DNA from: Escherichia coli
Lineage (GTDB): Bacteria > Pseudomonadota > Gammaproteobacteria > Enterobacterales > Enterobacteriaceae
NCBI RefSeq assembly: GCF_003334765.1
Contig: NZ_QOWT01000015.1
Length of the DNA: 64,000 nucleotides
Direction: 5' to 3' (one strand)
Below, one piece after another: positions 45,643-56,885 of this stretch (position 1 is the stretch's first letter; each line of letters begins with the position of its first letter). The notes under the pieces are model-generated. The model did no database searches and was not told the origin of the DNA. It saw only the letters and a list, made by a program, of their open reading frames with translations. A program made the position numbers and the translations under genes.

Positions 45643-47631
45643 TTGCGCGTAAGTCGCTCGTTAACAATCAAGCAGATGGCAATGGTGGCAGCCGTTGTCC
45701 TGGTGTTCGTTTTTATTTTTTGCACCGTTTTGCTGTTCCATCTGGTCCAGCAGAATCGCTATAACACGGCTACGCAACTGGAAAGCATTGCTCGCTCTGT
45801 CCGCGAACCCTTATCTTCAGCTATTTTGAAAGGCGATATTCCCGAAGCGGAAGCTATTCTTGCCAGCATTAAACCGGCAGGCGTGGTCAGCCGTGCCGAT
45901 GTAGTGCTGCCTAACCAGTTCCAGGCGCTGCGTAAAAGTTTTATTCCAGAGCGCCCGGTGCCGGTAATGGTTACTCGCCTGTTTGAGCTACCGGTTCAAA
46001 TCTCGCTGGGCGTTTACTCGCTCGAACGTCCGGCAAACCCGCAGCCAATTGCCTATCTGGTACTACAGGCGGATTCCTTCCGTATGTATAAGTTCGTGAT
46101 GAGCACCCTCTCAACGTTAGTGACCATTTACTTACTTTTGTCGCTTATCCTGACCGTCGCCATCAGCTGGTGCATTAACCGCCTGATTTTGCATCCGTTA
46201 CGCAATATTGCTCGCGAACTTAACGCCATCCCAGCCAAGGAGCTTGTTGGTCACCAACTGGCATTACCGCGTCTGCATCAGGACGATGAAATCGGTATGT
46301 TGGTGCGCAGTTACAACCTCAACCAGCAATTGCTGCAGCGCCATTATGAAGAACAGAACGAAAATGCGATGCGCTTCCCGGTGTCGGATTTGCCGAACAA
46401 AGCCTTGCTGATGGAGATGCTGGAGCAGGTTGTCGCGCGTAAACAAACCACCGCGCTGATGATCATCACCTGTGAAACCCTGCGTGATACTGCGGGCGTG
46501 CTGAAAGAGGCGCAACGAGAAATTCTGCTGCTGACGCTGGTGGAAAAACTCAAATCGGTACTGTCGCCACGTATGATCCTCGCGCAGATTAGCGGTTATG
46601 ACTTTGCTGTCATTGCCAACGGTGTACAGGAACCGTGGCACGCAATCACCTTAGGTCAGCAAGTGCTCACTATCATGAGCGAGCGCCTGCCGATTGAACG
46701 TATTCAACTCCGTCCGCACTGTAGCATTGGCGTGGCGATGTTCTACGGCGATCTCACCGCCGAACAGCTTTACAGTCGCGCTATTTCTGCGGCATTTACC
46801 GCTCGCCATAAAGGCAAGAATCAGATTCAGTTCTTTGATCCGCAGCAGATGGAAGCCGCCCAGAAGCGGTTGACGGAAGAGAGCGATATCCTTAATGCAC
46901 TGGAAAATCATCAGTTTGCTATTTGGTTACAGCCACAGGTCGAGATGACCAGCGGTAAACTGGTCAGTGCGGAAGTGTTACTGCGTATCCAGCAACCGGA
47001 TGGCAGTTGGGACCTGCCGGATGGCTTAATCGATCGCATTGAGTGCTGTGGGCTGATGGTTACCGTCGGTCACTGGGTGCTGGAAGAGTCCTGTCGATTG
47101 CTTGCAGCCTGGCAAGAGCGCGGCATTATGCTGCCCTTGTCGGTAAACCTCTCTGCGCTGCAACTGATGCACCCGAATATGGTGGCGGATATGCTGGAAC
47201 TGTTAACCCGCTATCGCATTCAGCCGGGAACACTGATTCTGGAAGTGACAGAAAGCCGACGTATTGACGACCCTCATGCTGCGGTGGCAATCCTCCGTCC
47301 GCTGCGCAATGCCGGAGTTCGGGTGGCGCTGGATGATTTCGGCATGGGCTACGCAGGGCTGCGTCAGCTGCAGCATATGAAATCGTTGCCAATCGACGTA
47401 CTGAAAATCGACAAAATGTTTGTTGAAGGCTTGCCGGGAGATAGCAGCATGATTGCTGCAATTATCATGCTGGCGCAGAGCCTGAACTTACAAATGATTG
47501 CCGAAGGCGTGGAGACTGAAGCACAACGCGACTGGCTGGCAAAAGCGGGCGTTGGTATTGCCCAGGGCTTCCTTTTTGCTCGCCCACTCCCTATTGAAAT
47601 CTTCGAAGAGAGTTACCTGGAAGAAAAGTAG
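45643..47631 (+). CDS. pdeK: c-di-GMP phosphodiesterase PdeK (YhjK): HAMP, degenerate GGDEF and EAL domains (up to 662 aa)
   Basis: ORF track; N-terminal TM/HAMP region; EAL-domain motifs in the C-terminus (...[10 protein letters not shown]..., ...[10 protein letters not shown]). Exact start uncertain. Confidence 0.88.
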
Positions 47632-47777
47632 CTACCCCAAACTGATTACAAAACTTTAAAAAGTGCTGGTTTGTGCGAGCCAGCTCAAACTTTTTAACCT
47701 TTTTGTTTCAATTATGATCCAGGTACATTTCTGTGATGTTGTCTGGGTGTTATTTTAAGGCCGCAGGTACCCCATAA

Positions 47778-49100
<1,323 letters not shown>

Positions 49101-49320
49101 TCTCATCACTTATGCCCGCACTCCCTTCCCCGAGTGCGGGTGTTTGCGCATAATTGACCCCTGTGCCTGAACTTACCACCTGGGTGAGTTCAGGTTTATT
49201 TCACTTCTTCCGTGACATTTTCATGTTCTTGCGGTCTAACACGAAGTGTTTTTAACGTCATTTAGACTGACCGACAACGGGCAGTTTTTTTATTACCAGG
49301 ATAGTTGATCAGGGGTTCAC

Positions 49321-50817
49321 ATGCAGGGCACAAAAATTCGACTTTTAGCGGGCGGTTTGCTGATGATGGCCACTGCTGGCTATGTGCAGGCAGATGCGCT
49401 CCAGCCTGATCCAGCATGGCAACAGGGGACGCTTTCCAACGGTTTACAGTGGCAAGTGCTGACCACCCCCCAGCGTCCCAGCGATCGTGTTGAAATTCGC
49501 CTGCTGGTTAATACCGGTTCGCTCGCCGAAAGTACACAACAGAGCGGTTACAGTCACGCCATCCCTCGTATTGCGCTAACGCAAAGCGGTGGCCTTGACG
49601 CAGCACAGGCGCGTTCATTGTGGCAGCAGGGGATCGACCCTAAACGCCCGATGCCGCCGGTAATTGTCTCTTATGACACCACGCTGTTTAATCTGAGTTT
49701 GCCCAATAACCGTAACGATTTGCTGAAAGAAGCGCTCTCTTATCTGGCAAATGCCACTGGCAAATTGACCATCACACCAGAAACCATCAACCACGCGCTG
49801 CAAAGTCAGGACATGGTGGCAACCTGGCCTGCCGATACTAAAGAGGGCTGGTGGCGCTATCGTCTGAAAGGGTCAACCTTGTTAGGTCACGATCCTGCCG
49901 ATCCGCTGAAACAACCCGTTGAAGCGGAAAAAATTAAAGATTTCTATCAGAAATGGTACACCCCGGATGCAATGACGCTACTGGTGGTGGGAAACGTGGA
50001 TGCGCGCTCGGTTGTCGACCAAATAAACAAAACGTTTGGCGAACTGAAAGGCAAACGTGAAACGCCAGCTCCGGTGCCGACGCTTTCTCCGCTGCGTGCG
50101 GAAGCGGTGAGTATTATGACTGACGCGGTGCGTCAGGACCGGTTATCTATCATGTGGGATACGCCGTGGCAGCCGATTCGTGAATCAGCCGCACTGCTGC
50201 GCTACTGGCGTGCGGACCTGGCCCGCGAGGCGCTGTTCTGGCATGTTCAGCAAGCGTTAAGTGCCAGTAACAGCAAAGACATCGGTCTTGGATTTGACTG
50301 CCGTGTGCTGTATCTGCGTGCGCAGTGTGCCATCAACATCGAATCACCAAACGACAAGCTGAACAGCAACCTTAATCTGGTGGCGCGTGAACTGGCGAAG
50401 GTTCGCGATAAAGGTCTGCCGGAAGAAGAGTTCAATGCGTTAGTGGCGCAAAAGAAACTGGAGCTGCAGAAACTGTTTGCCGCCTATGCACGAGCTGATA
50501 CCGATATTCTGATGGGTCAGCGGATGCGTTCGTTGCAAAATCAGGTTGTCGATATCGCGCCGGAGCAATATCAGAAACTGCGGCAGGATTTCCTTAATAG
50601 CCTGACGGTAGAGATGTTAAATCAGGATCTGCGTCAACAGTTGTCGAATGATATGGCGTTAATACTGCTGCAGCCGAAAGGCGAGCCGGAATTTAACATG
50701 AAAGCGTTGCAGGCGGTCTGGGATCAAATCATGGCCCCATCTACCGCCGCTGCGACCACCTCTGTCGCCACGGATGACGTACATCCTGAAGTGACGGATA
50801 TTCCACCTGCACAGTAA
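49321..50817 (+). CDS. yhjJ: Periplasmic M16-family (pitrilysin-like) protein YhjJ, probably non-catalytic (498 aa)
   Basis: ORF track; signal peptide MQGTKIRLLAGGLLMMATAGYVQA; M16-like fold with no obvious HxxEH zinc motif in the N-terminal part. Confidence 0.88.
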   Translation: MQGTKIRLLAGGLLMMATAGYVQADALQPDPAWQQGTLSNGLQWQVLTTPQRPSDRVEIRLLVNTGSLAESTQQSGYSHAIPRIALTQSGGLDAAQARSLWQQGIDPKRPMPPVIVSYDTTLFNLSLPNNRNDLLKEALSYLANATGKLTITPETINHALQSQDMVATWPADTKEGWWRYRLKGSTLLGHDPADPLKQPVEAEKIKDFYQKWYTPDAMTLLVVGNVDARSVVDQINKTFGELKGKRETPAPVPTLSPLRAEAVSIMTDAVRQDRLSIMWDTPWQPIRESAALLRYWRADLAREALFWHVQQALSASNSKDIGLGFDCRVLYLRAQCAINIESPNDKLNSNLNLVARELAKVRDKGLPEEEFNALVAQKKLELQKLFAAYARADTDILMGQRMRSLQNQVVDIAPEQYQKLRQDFLNSLTVEMLNQDLRQQLSNDMALILLQPKGEPEFNMKALQAVWDQIMAPSTAAATTSVATDDVHPEVTDIPPAQ

Positions 50818-50912
50818 TGCCTGATGGTGATGAGTTAGCACAACCATCAGGTATTTATGGATGAGCTGGATAGAGGGGTAACACTTTATCCAGCCTTTTG
50901 CATATGCTGCGT

Positions 50913-51842
50913 TTATGCTGGCATCGCCTCACGCGGGATAATCGCGCCGCGATACTGAATAACGGTACTTGCGGTCAGGTGCCCACGTTTCGCCGCGTCT
51001 TCCGCGCTGCCGCCTGTCAGACGTACCGCCAGATAACCGGCACTGAAAGAGTCGCCAGCTGCGGTGGTATCGATCACTTTTTCTTTCGGCAGTTTCACCG
51101 CCGGAACATCCACTAACCCTTCGCCAGCAATGGACACCAGGCAAGAATCCGCCCCGCGTTTCACCACCACTTCTTTCACGCCCGCGTTATGGGTGCGCGC
51201 AATGACGTCTTCCACCGGCTGTTGACCCCACAGCGCGTCTTCGTCGTCCAGCGTCAGGAAGGCGATATCCGTGCATTCCAGCATTTGTTGGTACACCTGC
51301 TGTGTCTCTTCTTTGCTGGCCCACAGGCGCGGACGATAGTTATTGTCGAAAATCACTTTTCCGCCGTTGGCGCGGCATTCGCGCAGCAGGGAAAGCAGCT
51401 TTTCGCGGCTGGTCGGGCTTAAGATCGCCAGGCTAATCCCGCTCAGGTAGAGATAATCGAAATTCGCCAGCTCTTCGCAAATCGCCGCAGACTGCTCACT
51501 CTCCAGCCAGAATTTGGCGGCGGCTTCGTTCCGCCAGTAGTAGAACGTACGCTCGCCGGTGCTGTCGGTTTCAATGTAGTAAAGGCCCGGTAGACGGTTT
51601 TCCATCCGTTGGGTCAGGGAAGTATCAACGTTCTCGCCGTGCCAGGCGTCCAGCATCTGCTGGCTAAAACTGTCCGTTCCCAGCGCCGTTACGTAATGAA
51701 CGGTTAATGCCGCAGGATCGACCTGACGGGCGATATAGACGGAAGTGTTCAGGGTATCGCCGCCGAAACCGCGCTTAACGTCCGCGCCTTTCTCGGAAAG
51801 CTCAATCATGCATTCGCCAATCACGGCAATCTTTTTGGACAT
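50913..51842 (-). CDS. kdgK: 2-dehydro-3-deoxygluconokinase (309 aa)
   Basis: ORF track 50913..52190; start placed at MSKKIAVIGECMIELSEKG... (PfkB ribokinase-family N-terminus); the 116-codon upstream extension is treated as spurious because it spans the divergent promoter region. Confidence 0.92.
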   Translation of the reverse strand: MSKKIAVIGECMIELSEKGADVKRGFGGDTLNTSVYIARQVDPAALTVHYVTALGTDSFSQQMLDAWHGENVDTSLTQRMENRLPGLYYIETDSTGERTFYYWRNEAAAKFWLESEQSAAICEELANFDYLYLSGISLAILSPTSREKLLSLLRECRANGGKVIFDNNYRPRLWASKEETQQVYQQMLECTDIAFLTLDDEDALWGQQPVEDVIARTHNAGVKEVVVKRGADSCLVSIAGEGLVDVPAVKLPKEKVIDTTAAGDSFSAGYLAVRLTGGSAEDAAKRGHLTASTVIQYRGAIIPREAMPA

Positions 51843-51909
51843 AGTCGTGAACCTGATCTGTAAAAAATTAGCGTTAGTTTGCGCTGTGGTGGTTTGCTGG
51901 TCAACCATA

Positions 51910-51928
51910 TTAAAACAGTGTTCCATTA
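51910..51928. promoter_or_regulatory. Putative KdgR operator (TTAAAACAGTGTTCCATTA) upstream of kdgK
   Basis: Imperfect palindrome resembling the KdgR box (AAAACA-N-TGTTTCATT), ~70-85 bp upstream of the kdgK ATG. Confidence 0.4.
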
Positions 51929-51998
51929 TTTTTTTGAGCCAGAACGTATTCCTGAAAGATTCCGTTGTGGAGTGAGGAAATTTACCCCGGCCAGGCGG

Positions 51999-52025
51999 TA
52001 AAGTTCTGCCCTTACGCGCCGATAA
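51999..52025 (+). promoter_or_regulatory. Sigma-28 (FliA) promoter of pdeH: TAAAGTTC-N11-GCCGATAA
   Basis: Near-perfect match to the flagellar class 3 consensus TAAAGTTT-N11-GCCGATAA, ~50 bp upstream of the pdeH ATG. Confidence 0.75.
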
Positions 52026-52073
52026 TCTTTGTCGAGTCCGGGCAGCATCACTTTTAAACACAGGACATCTTTG

Positions 52074-52841
52074 ATGATAAGGCAGGTTATCCAGCGAATA
52101 AGCAACCCTGAAGCAAGCATCGAGAGCTTGCAGGAACGGCGTTTTTGGTTGCAGTGTGAGCGTGCTTACACCTGGCAGCCGATCTATCAAACATGCGGGC
52201 GGTTAATGGCCGTGGAGCTATTAACGGTGGTCACGCATCCCTTGAACCCTTCGCAACGCCTGCCGCCGGATCGCTATTTTACTGAAATCACCGTCAGCCA
52301 TCGGATGGAGGTTGTGAAAGAGCAGATTGATTTGCTGGCGCAAAAAGCCGACTTCTTTATAGAGCACGGCCTGCTGGCATCGGTCAATATTGATGGCCCT
52401 ACGCTCATCGCCCTGCGTCAGCAACCAAAAATCCTGCGCCAGATTGAGCGTCTTCCCTGGCTGCGTTTCGAACTGGTGGAGCATATCCGTCTGCCGAAAG
52501 ATTCAACCTTTGCCTCGATGTGTGAATTTGGCCCGCTGTGGCTGGATGATTTTGGTACCGGGATGGCAAATTTCTCTGCGCTAAGTGAAGTGCGTTATGA
52601 CTACATCAAAATCGCGCGAGAACTGTTTGTGATGCTGCGTCAGTCGCCGGAAGGACGCACACTCTTTTCTCAGCTTTTACATCTAATGAATCGCTATTGT
52701 CGCGGGGTGATTGTCGAGGGCGTAGAAACGCCGGAAGAGTGGCGTGATGTTCAGAACTCGCCCGCATTCGCCGCACAAGGCTGGTTTCTTTCACGCCCGG
52801 CACCGATAGAAACGCTGAATACGGCGGTTCTGGCGCTATAA
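52074..52841 (+). CDS. pdeH: c-di-GMP phosphodiesterase PdeH (YhjH), stand-alone EAL domain (255 aa)
   Basis: ORF track 52029..52841; start at MIRQVIQRISNPEASIESLQERRFWLQ...; EAL-domain motifs (ELLTVV, DDFGTG). Confidence 0.92.
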   Translation: MIRQVIQRISNPEASIESLQERRFWLQCERAYTWQPIYQTCGRLMAVELLTVVTHPLNPSQRLPPDRYFTEITVSHRMEVVKEQIDLLAQKADFFIEHGLLASVNIDGPTLIALRQQPKILRQIERLPWLRFELVEHIRLPKDSTFASMCEFGPLWLDDFGTGMANFSALSEVRYDYIKIARELFVMLRQSPEGRTLFSQLLHLMNRYCRGVIVEGVETPEEWRDVQNSPAFAAQGWFLSRPAPIETLNTAVLAL

Positions 52842-52910
52842 GCTGCCTCATTTTCCGCCTGGCTGGACTATCTTTAGGACTGGCACAGGAAGAATATGAG
52901 GAAGCGAACG

Positions 52911-54971
52911 ATGAGCAAGGCAGGCAAAATAACCGCTGCGATTTCAGGGGCTTTCTTGTTGTTGATTGTCGTGGCGATCATTTTGATTGCAACTTTTGAC
53001 TGGAATCGACTCAAACCGACTATCAACCAGAAAGTCTCTGCGGAGTTGAATCGTCCGTTCGCTATCCGTGGCGATCTGGGCGTGGTGTGGGAGCGGCAAA
53101 AACAAGAAACTGGCTGGCGCAGCTGGGTGCCGTGGCCCCATGTACACGCGGAAGACATCATTCTTGGCAATCCACCGGATATTCCCGAAGTCACGATGGT
53201 GCATTTGCCACGCGTAGAGGCAACGCTGGCCCCGCTGGCGCTGCTGACCAAAACGGTCTGGCTGCCGTGGATCAAGCTCGAAAAGCCCGACGCGCGCCTG
53301 ATTCGCCTCTCTGAAAAGAACAATAACTGGACGTTTAATCTTGCCAACGATGATAACAAAGACGCGAATGCAAAGCCGTCGGCATGGTCGTTTCGGCTGG
53401 ATAATATTCTTTTCGATCAAGGGCGGATCGCCATTGATGACAAAGTAAGCAAAGCGGATCTGGAGATTTTTGTTGATCCCTTAGGCAAGCCGCTGCCGTT
53501 CAGCGAAGTTACTGGATCGAAAGGTAAAGCGGATAAAGAAAAGGTGGGCGATTACGTTTTTGGCCTGAAGGCGCAGGGACGATATAACGGTGAACCGCTC
53601 ACGGGTACGGGAAAAATAGGCGGTATGCTGGCGCTGCGTGGCGAAGGGACGCCGTTTCCGGTACAGGCTGATTTCCGCTCTGGTAACACCCGTGTTGCTT
53701 TTGATGGCGTCGTGAATGACCCAATGAAGATGGGCGGTGTCGATTTACGGCTTAAATTTTCTGGCGATTCACTGGGTGATCTCTATGAACTGACGGGCGT
53801 TCTGCTGCCCGATACCCCGCCGTTTGAAACGGATGGTCGGCTGGTAGCGAAAATCGACACTGAAAAATCGTCGGTCTTTGATTATCGCGGTTTTAATGGG
53901 CGAATTGGTGATAGCGATATCCACGGTTCTCTGGTCTACACCACCGGAAAGCCACGACCAAAACTGGAAGGTGATGTCGAGTCGCGGCAATTGCGGCTGG
54001 CGGACCTGGGACCGTTGATTGGCGTTGATTCCGGGAAAGGGGCAGAAAAGTCGAAACGGTCTGAACAGAAGAAGGGCGAAAAAAGCGTTCAGCCTGCGGG
54101 CAAAGTGCTGCCTTATGACCGCTTCGAAACCGATAAATGGGACGTTATGGATGCCGATGTTCGCTTCAAAGGGCGGCGCATTGAGCATGGCAGTAGCCTG
54201 CCGATTAGCGATCTTTCTACTCATATCATCCTCAAAAATGCTGACCTGCGCCTGCAACCGCTGAAATTTGGCATGGCGGGCGGCAGCATTGCGGCGAATA
54301 TTCATCTGGAAGGCGATAAAAAGCCGATGCAGGGGCGGGCAGATATTCAGGCTCGTCGACTGAAACTGAAAGAACTGATGCCCGATGTGGAACTGATGCA
54401 GAAGACGCTGGGGGAAATGAACGGTGACGCGGAACTACGCGGTAGCGGTAACTCGGTGGCGGCACTTTTAGGCAACAGTAACGGCAACCTGAAACTGTTG
54501 ATGAATGACGGGCTGGTGAGCCGCAACCTGATGGAGATTGTTGGGCTGAATGTCGGCAACTACATTGTCGGTGCGATATTTGGTGATGATGAGGTGCGGG
54601 TGAACTGCGCGGCGGCGAATCTGAATATTGCCAACGGCGTGGCGCGCCCGCAGATTTTTGCTTTCGATACTGAGAACGCGTTGATTAATGTTACCGGCAC
54701 GGCAAGTTTTGCTTCGGAACAGCTGGATTTGACTATTGATCCGGAGAGTAAAGGAATTCGGATTATCACACTGCGTTCGCCGCTGTATGTGCGGGGGACG
54801 TTTAAAAATCCGCAGGCTGGGGTGAAAGCCGGACCGCTGATTGCCCGTGGTGCTGTTGCTGCGGCACTGGCAACGCTGGTAACACCGGCGGCGGCGTTAC
54901 TGGCACTGATCTCACCTTCCGAAGGGGAGGCTAATCAGTGTCGGACGATTTTGTCGCAGATGAAGAAGTGA
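52911..54971 (+). CDS. yhjG: AsmA-family inner-membrane-anchored periplasmic protein YhjG (686 aa)
   Basis: ORF track 52896..54971; start at MSKAGKITAAISGAFLLLIVVAIILIATFDWN (N-terminal TM anchor). Confidence 0.88.
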   Translation: MSKAGKITAAISGAFLLLIVVAIILIATFDWNRLKPTINQKVSAELNRPFAIRGDLGVVWERQKQETGWRSWVPWPHVHAEDIILGNPPDIPEVTMVHLPRVEATLAPLALLTKTVWLPWIKLEKPDARLIRLSEKNNNWTFNLANDDNKDANAKPSAWSFRLDNILFDQGRIAIDDKVSKADLEIFVDPLGKPLPFSEVTGSKGKADKEKVGDYVFGLKAQGRYNGEPLTGTGKIGGMLALRGEGTPFPVQADFRSGNTRVAFDGVVNDPMKMGGVDLRLKFSGDSLGDLYELTGVLLPDTPPFETDGRLVAKIDTEKSSVFDYRGFNGRIGDSDIHGSLVYTTGKPRPKLEGDVESRQLRLADLGPLIGVDSGKGAEKSKRSEQKKGEKSVQPAGKVLPYDRFETDKWDVMDADVRFKGRRIEHGSSLPISDLSTHIILKNADLRLQPLKFGMAGGSIAANIHLEGDKKPMQGRADIQARRLKLKELMPDVELMQKTLGEMNGDAELRGSGNSVAALLGNSNGNLKLLMNDGLVSRNLMEIVGLNVGNYIVGAIFGDDEVRVNCAAANLNIANGVARPQIFAFDTENALINVTGTASFASEQLDLTIDPESKGIRIITLRSPLYVRGTFKNPQAGVKAGPLIARGAVAAALATLVTPAAALLALISPSEGEANQCRTILSQMKK

Positions 54972-55042
54972 TGATAATTGCCGGATGTCTGACATCCGGC
55001 AATTAAACAGATTTAGATTGTTGGCAAAGTGTGCTTTGTTCA

Positions 55043-55140
55043 TGCCGGATGCGGCGTGAACGCCTTATCCGGCCTACAAATCCTTGCGAATTCAATATAT
55101 TGTATGGAAATTCAGGCCTGATAAGCGTAGCGCATCAGGC
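55043..55140. repeat. REP / BIME element between convergent yhjG and yhjE
   Basis: GCCGGATGCGGCGTGAACGCCTTATCCGGCCTAC ... AGGCCTGATAAGCGTAGCGCATCAGGC; a further small hairpin GCCGGATGTCTGACATCCGGC lies at ~54980-55000. Confidence 0.8.
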
Positions 55141-55152
55141 TTTTCACTCTTA

Positions 55153-56475
55153 TTACAACGACTGATGTCGCGTCTCATGGGTCAGCAGCAGGGCGATTAA
55201 CGTCAAGCCAGCCATCGCCGCCAGATATAACCCCACCGCACCTAGCCCGTAGTTAGTCTGCAACCAGGCTGCGATATATGGCGCAACGGAAGCCCCGAGA
55301 ATCGACGCTACGTTGTAAGAGAACGATGCTCCGGTGTAACGCACTTCTGTCGGAAACAGCTCTGGTAACAGCGCACCCATTGGCCCGAAGGTCAGACCCA
55401 TCAGACTTAACCCCAGCAGCAGGAAGGCAAAAACCAGAATCGGGTTGCCAGAACCGAGCAGTGGGTTAAAGGCGAACAGCGCGAACAGGATGATCAGCGT
55501 GGTGATGATTACCATGCTTTTACGGCGACCAAAGGCATCAGCCAGTAATCCAGCGACTGGCACCATCACGCCAAAACCAATAACTGCCATCATCAACATC
55601 CACAACACTTCGTTACGCGGCAGGCCAAGCCCAACTGGCGCGGCGGCGGTACTAAAGGTCATAGAGTAGACCGTCATGATGTAAAACAGCGTATAGGTTG
55701 CCAGCATAATGAACGTACCCAGTACGGTTACGCGAACATGTTTGGTCAGCAGCGTACCCAGCGGGATCTTCACCTGTTTTTTCGCTTTAGCGACTTTCTC
55801 AAACACCGGCGACTCATGCAGCGACACGCGAACATACAGGCCGATAATGACCAGCACCGCCGAGAAGATAAATGGCACACGCCAGCCCCAGCTCATAAAC
55901 TGCTCGTCGGTCAGTAGCCAGGAAAGCAGCAAGAAAGTGCCATTGGCAAAGAAGAAGCCAATCGGTGCGCCCAGCTGCGGAAAGGAGCCATACAGTGCAC
56001 GTTTGCGCGGTGGGGCGTTTTCAGTCGCCAGCAGCGCCGCGCCGCCCCATTCACCGCCTAAGCCCAGACCCTGACCAAATCGAGCCAGCGCCAGCAGCAG
56101 CGGGGCGAAAATACCAATCGTGGCATAGCCCGGCAGCAGACCAATCACCACGGTCGAAATCCCCATCGTTAGCAACGAGGCGACCAGCGTCGCTTTACGC
56201 CCAACGCGATCGCCAAAATGACCAAAAACGGCAGAGCCAATGGGGCGCGCGACGAAGGCGATGGCGAAGGTGGCGAGCGACTGTAGCGTTGCTGCCGTAG
56301 GATCGCCCTGCGGGAAGAAGATATGCGGAAACACAATAACGGCCGCAGTGGCGTAAATGTAAAAGTCGAAGAACTCAATGGCTGTGCCAATGAGAGAGGC
56401 GACAAGGACTTTATTACGCGAGTTGATCGGCGTGTATTCTTGCTCGTGGTCGAGTGTTGTGGCTGTTGCTTGCAT
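55153..56475 (-). CDS. yhjE: MFS transporter YhjE (metabolite:H+ symporter family), 440 aa
   Basis: ORF track; 12 predicted TM segments; MQATATTLDHEQEYTPINSRNKVLVASLIGTAIEFFDFYIY... Confidence 0.9.
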   Translation of the reverse strand: MQATATTLDHEQEYTPINSRNKVLVASLIGTAIEFFDFYIYATAAVIVFPHIFFPQGDPTAATLQSLATFAIAFVARPIGSAVFGHFGDRVGRKATLVASLLTMGISTVVIGLLPGYATIGIFAPLLLALARFGQGLGLGGEWGGAALLATENAPPRKRALYGSFPQLGAPIGFFFANGTFLLLSWLLTDEQFMSWGWRVPFIFSAVLVIIGLYVRVSLHESPVFEKVAKAKKQVKIPLGTLLTKHVRVTVLGTFIMLATYTLFYIMTVYSMTFSTAAAPVGLGLPRNEVLWMLMMAVIGFGVMVPVAGLLADAFGRRKSMVIITTLIILFALFAFNPLLGSGNPILVFAFLLLGLSLMGLTFGPMGALLPELFPTEVRYTGASFSYNVASILGASVAPYIAAWLQTNYGLGAVGLYLAAMAGLTLIALLLTHETRHQSL

Positions 56476-56786
56476 AATCTTTTCTTATTTTTTGGCTAAC
56501 GAATAGCCATATTACGCACAGCAAAAGTGATATTTCAATGTGTAACAAATCGCGGAAATGGTCAAAAATCAGGCAAAAAGGGGATAATGTTTAGGCCAGT
56601 GATTTTTCTTCTATGAAATGCTTCACATAATTTTATAAATAGTGGATAAAACTGGTTTCAGGTTAAATAAAAGTTACCAACTGGATTTATATGCTGGGGT
56701 TATGAGTTGGAATGAAATTGTTTGCTCCCAAATAGATGGCTGAAGAGGCTCTGGGGACGAGTTTCAAGAGGTTATGTGCGCATTAT

Positions 56787-56885
56787 AGCCGGATGCGATG
56801 CTGGCGCATCTTATCCGGCCTACGGGGAGCCAGGCCGAATAAAATCGTATGCCGGATAAGGCGTTTACGCCGCATCCGGCCTATT
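56787..56885. repeat. REP / BIME element between yhjE and yhjD
   Basis: GCCGGATGCGATGCTGGCGCATCTTATCCGGCCTAC ... GCCGGATAAGGCGTTTACGCCGCATCCGGCC; abuts the yhjD stop codon. Confidence 0.8.

Noticed and set aside
52944-54305. Minus-strand ORFs of 158-178 aa inside yhjG
   Set aside because: Antisense shadow ORFs of yhjG.
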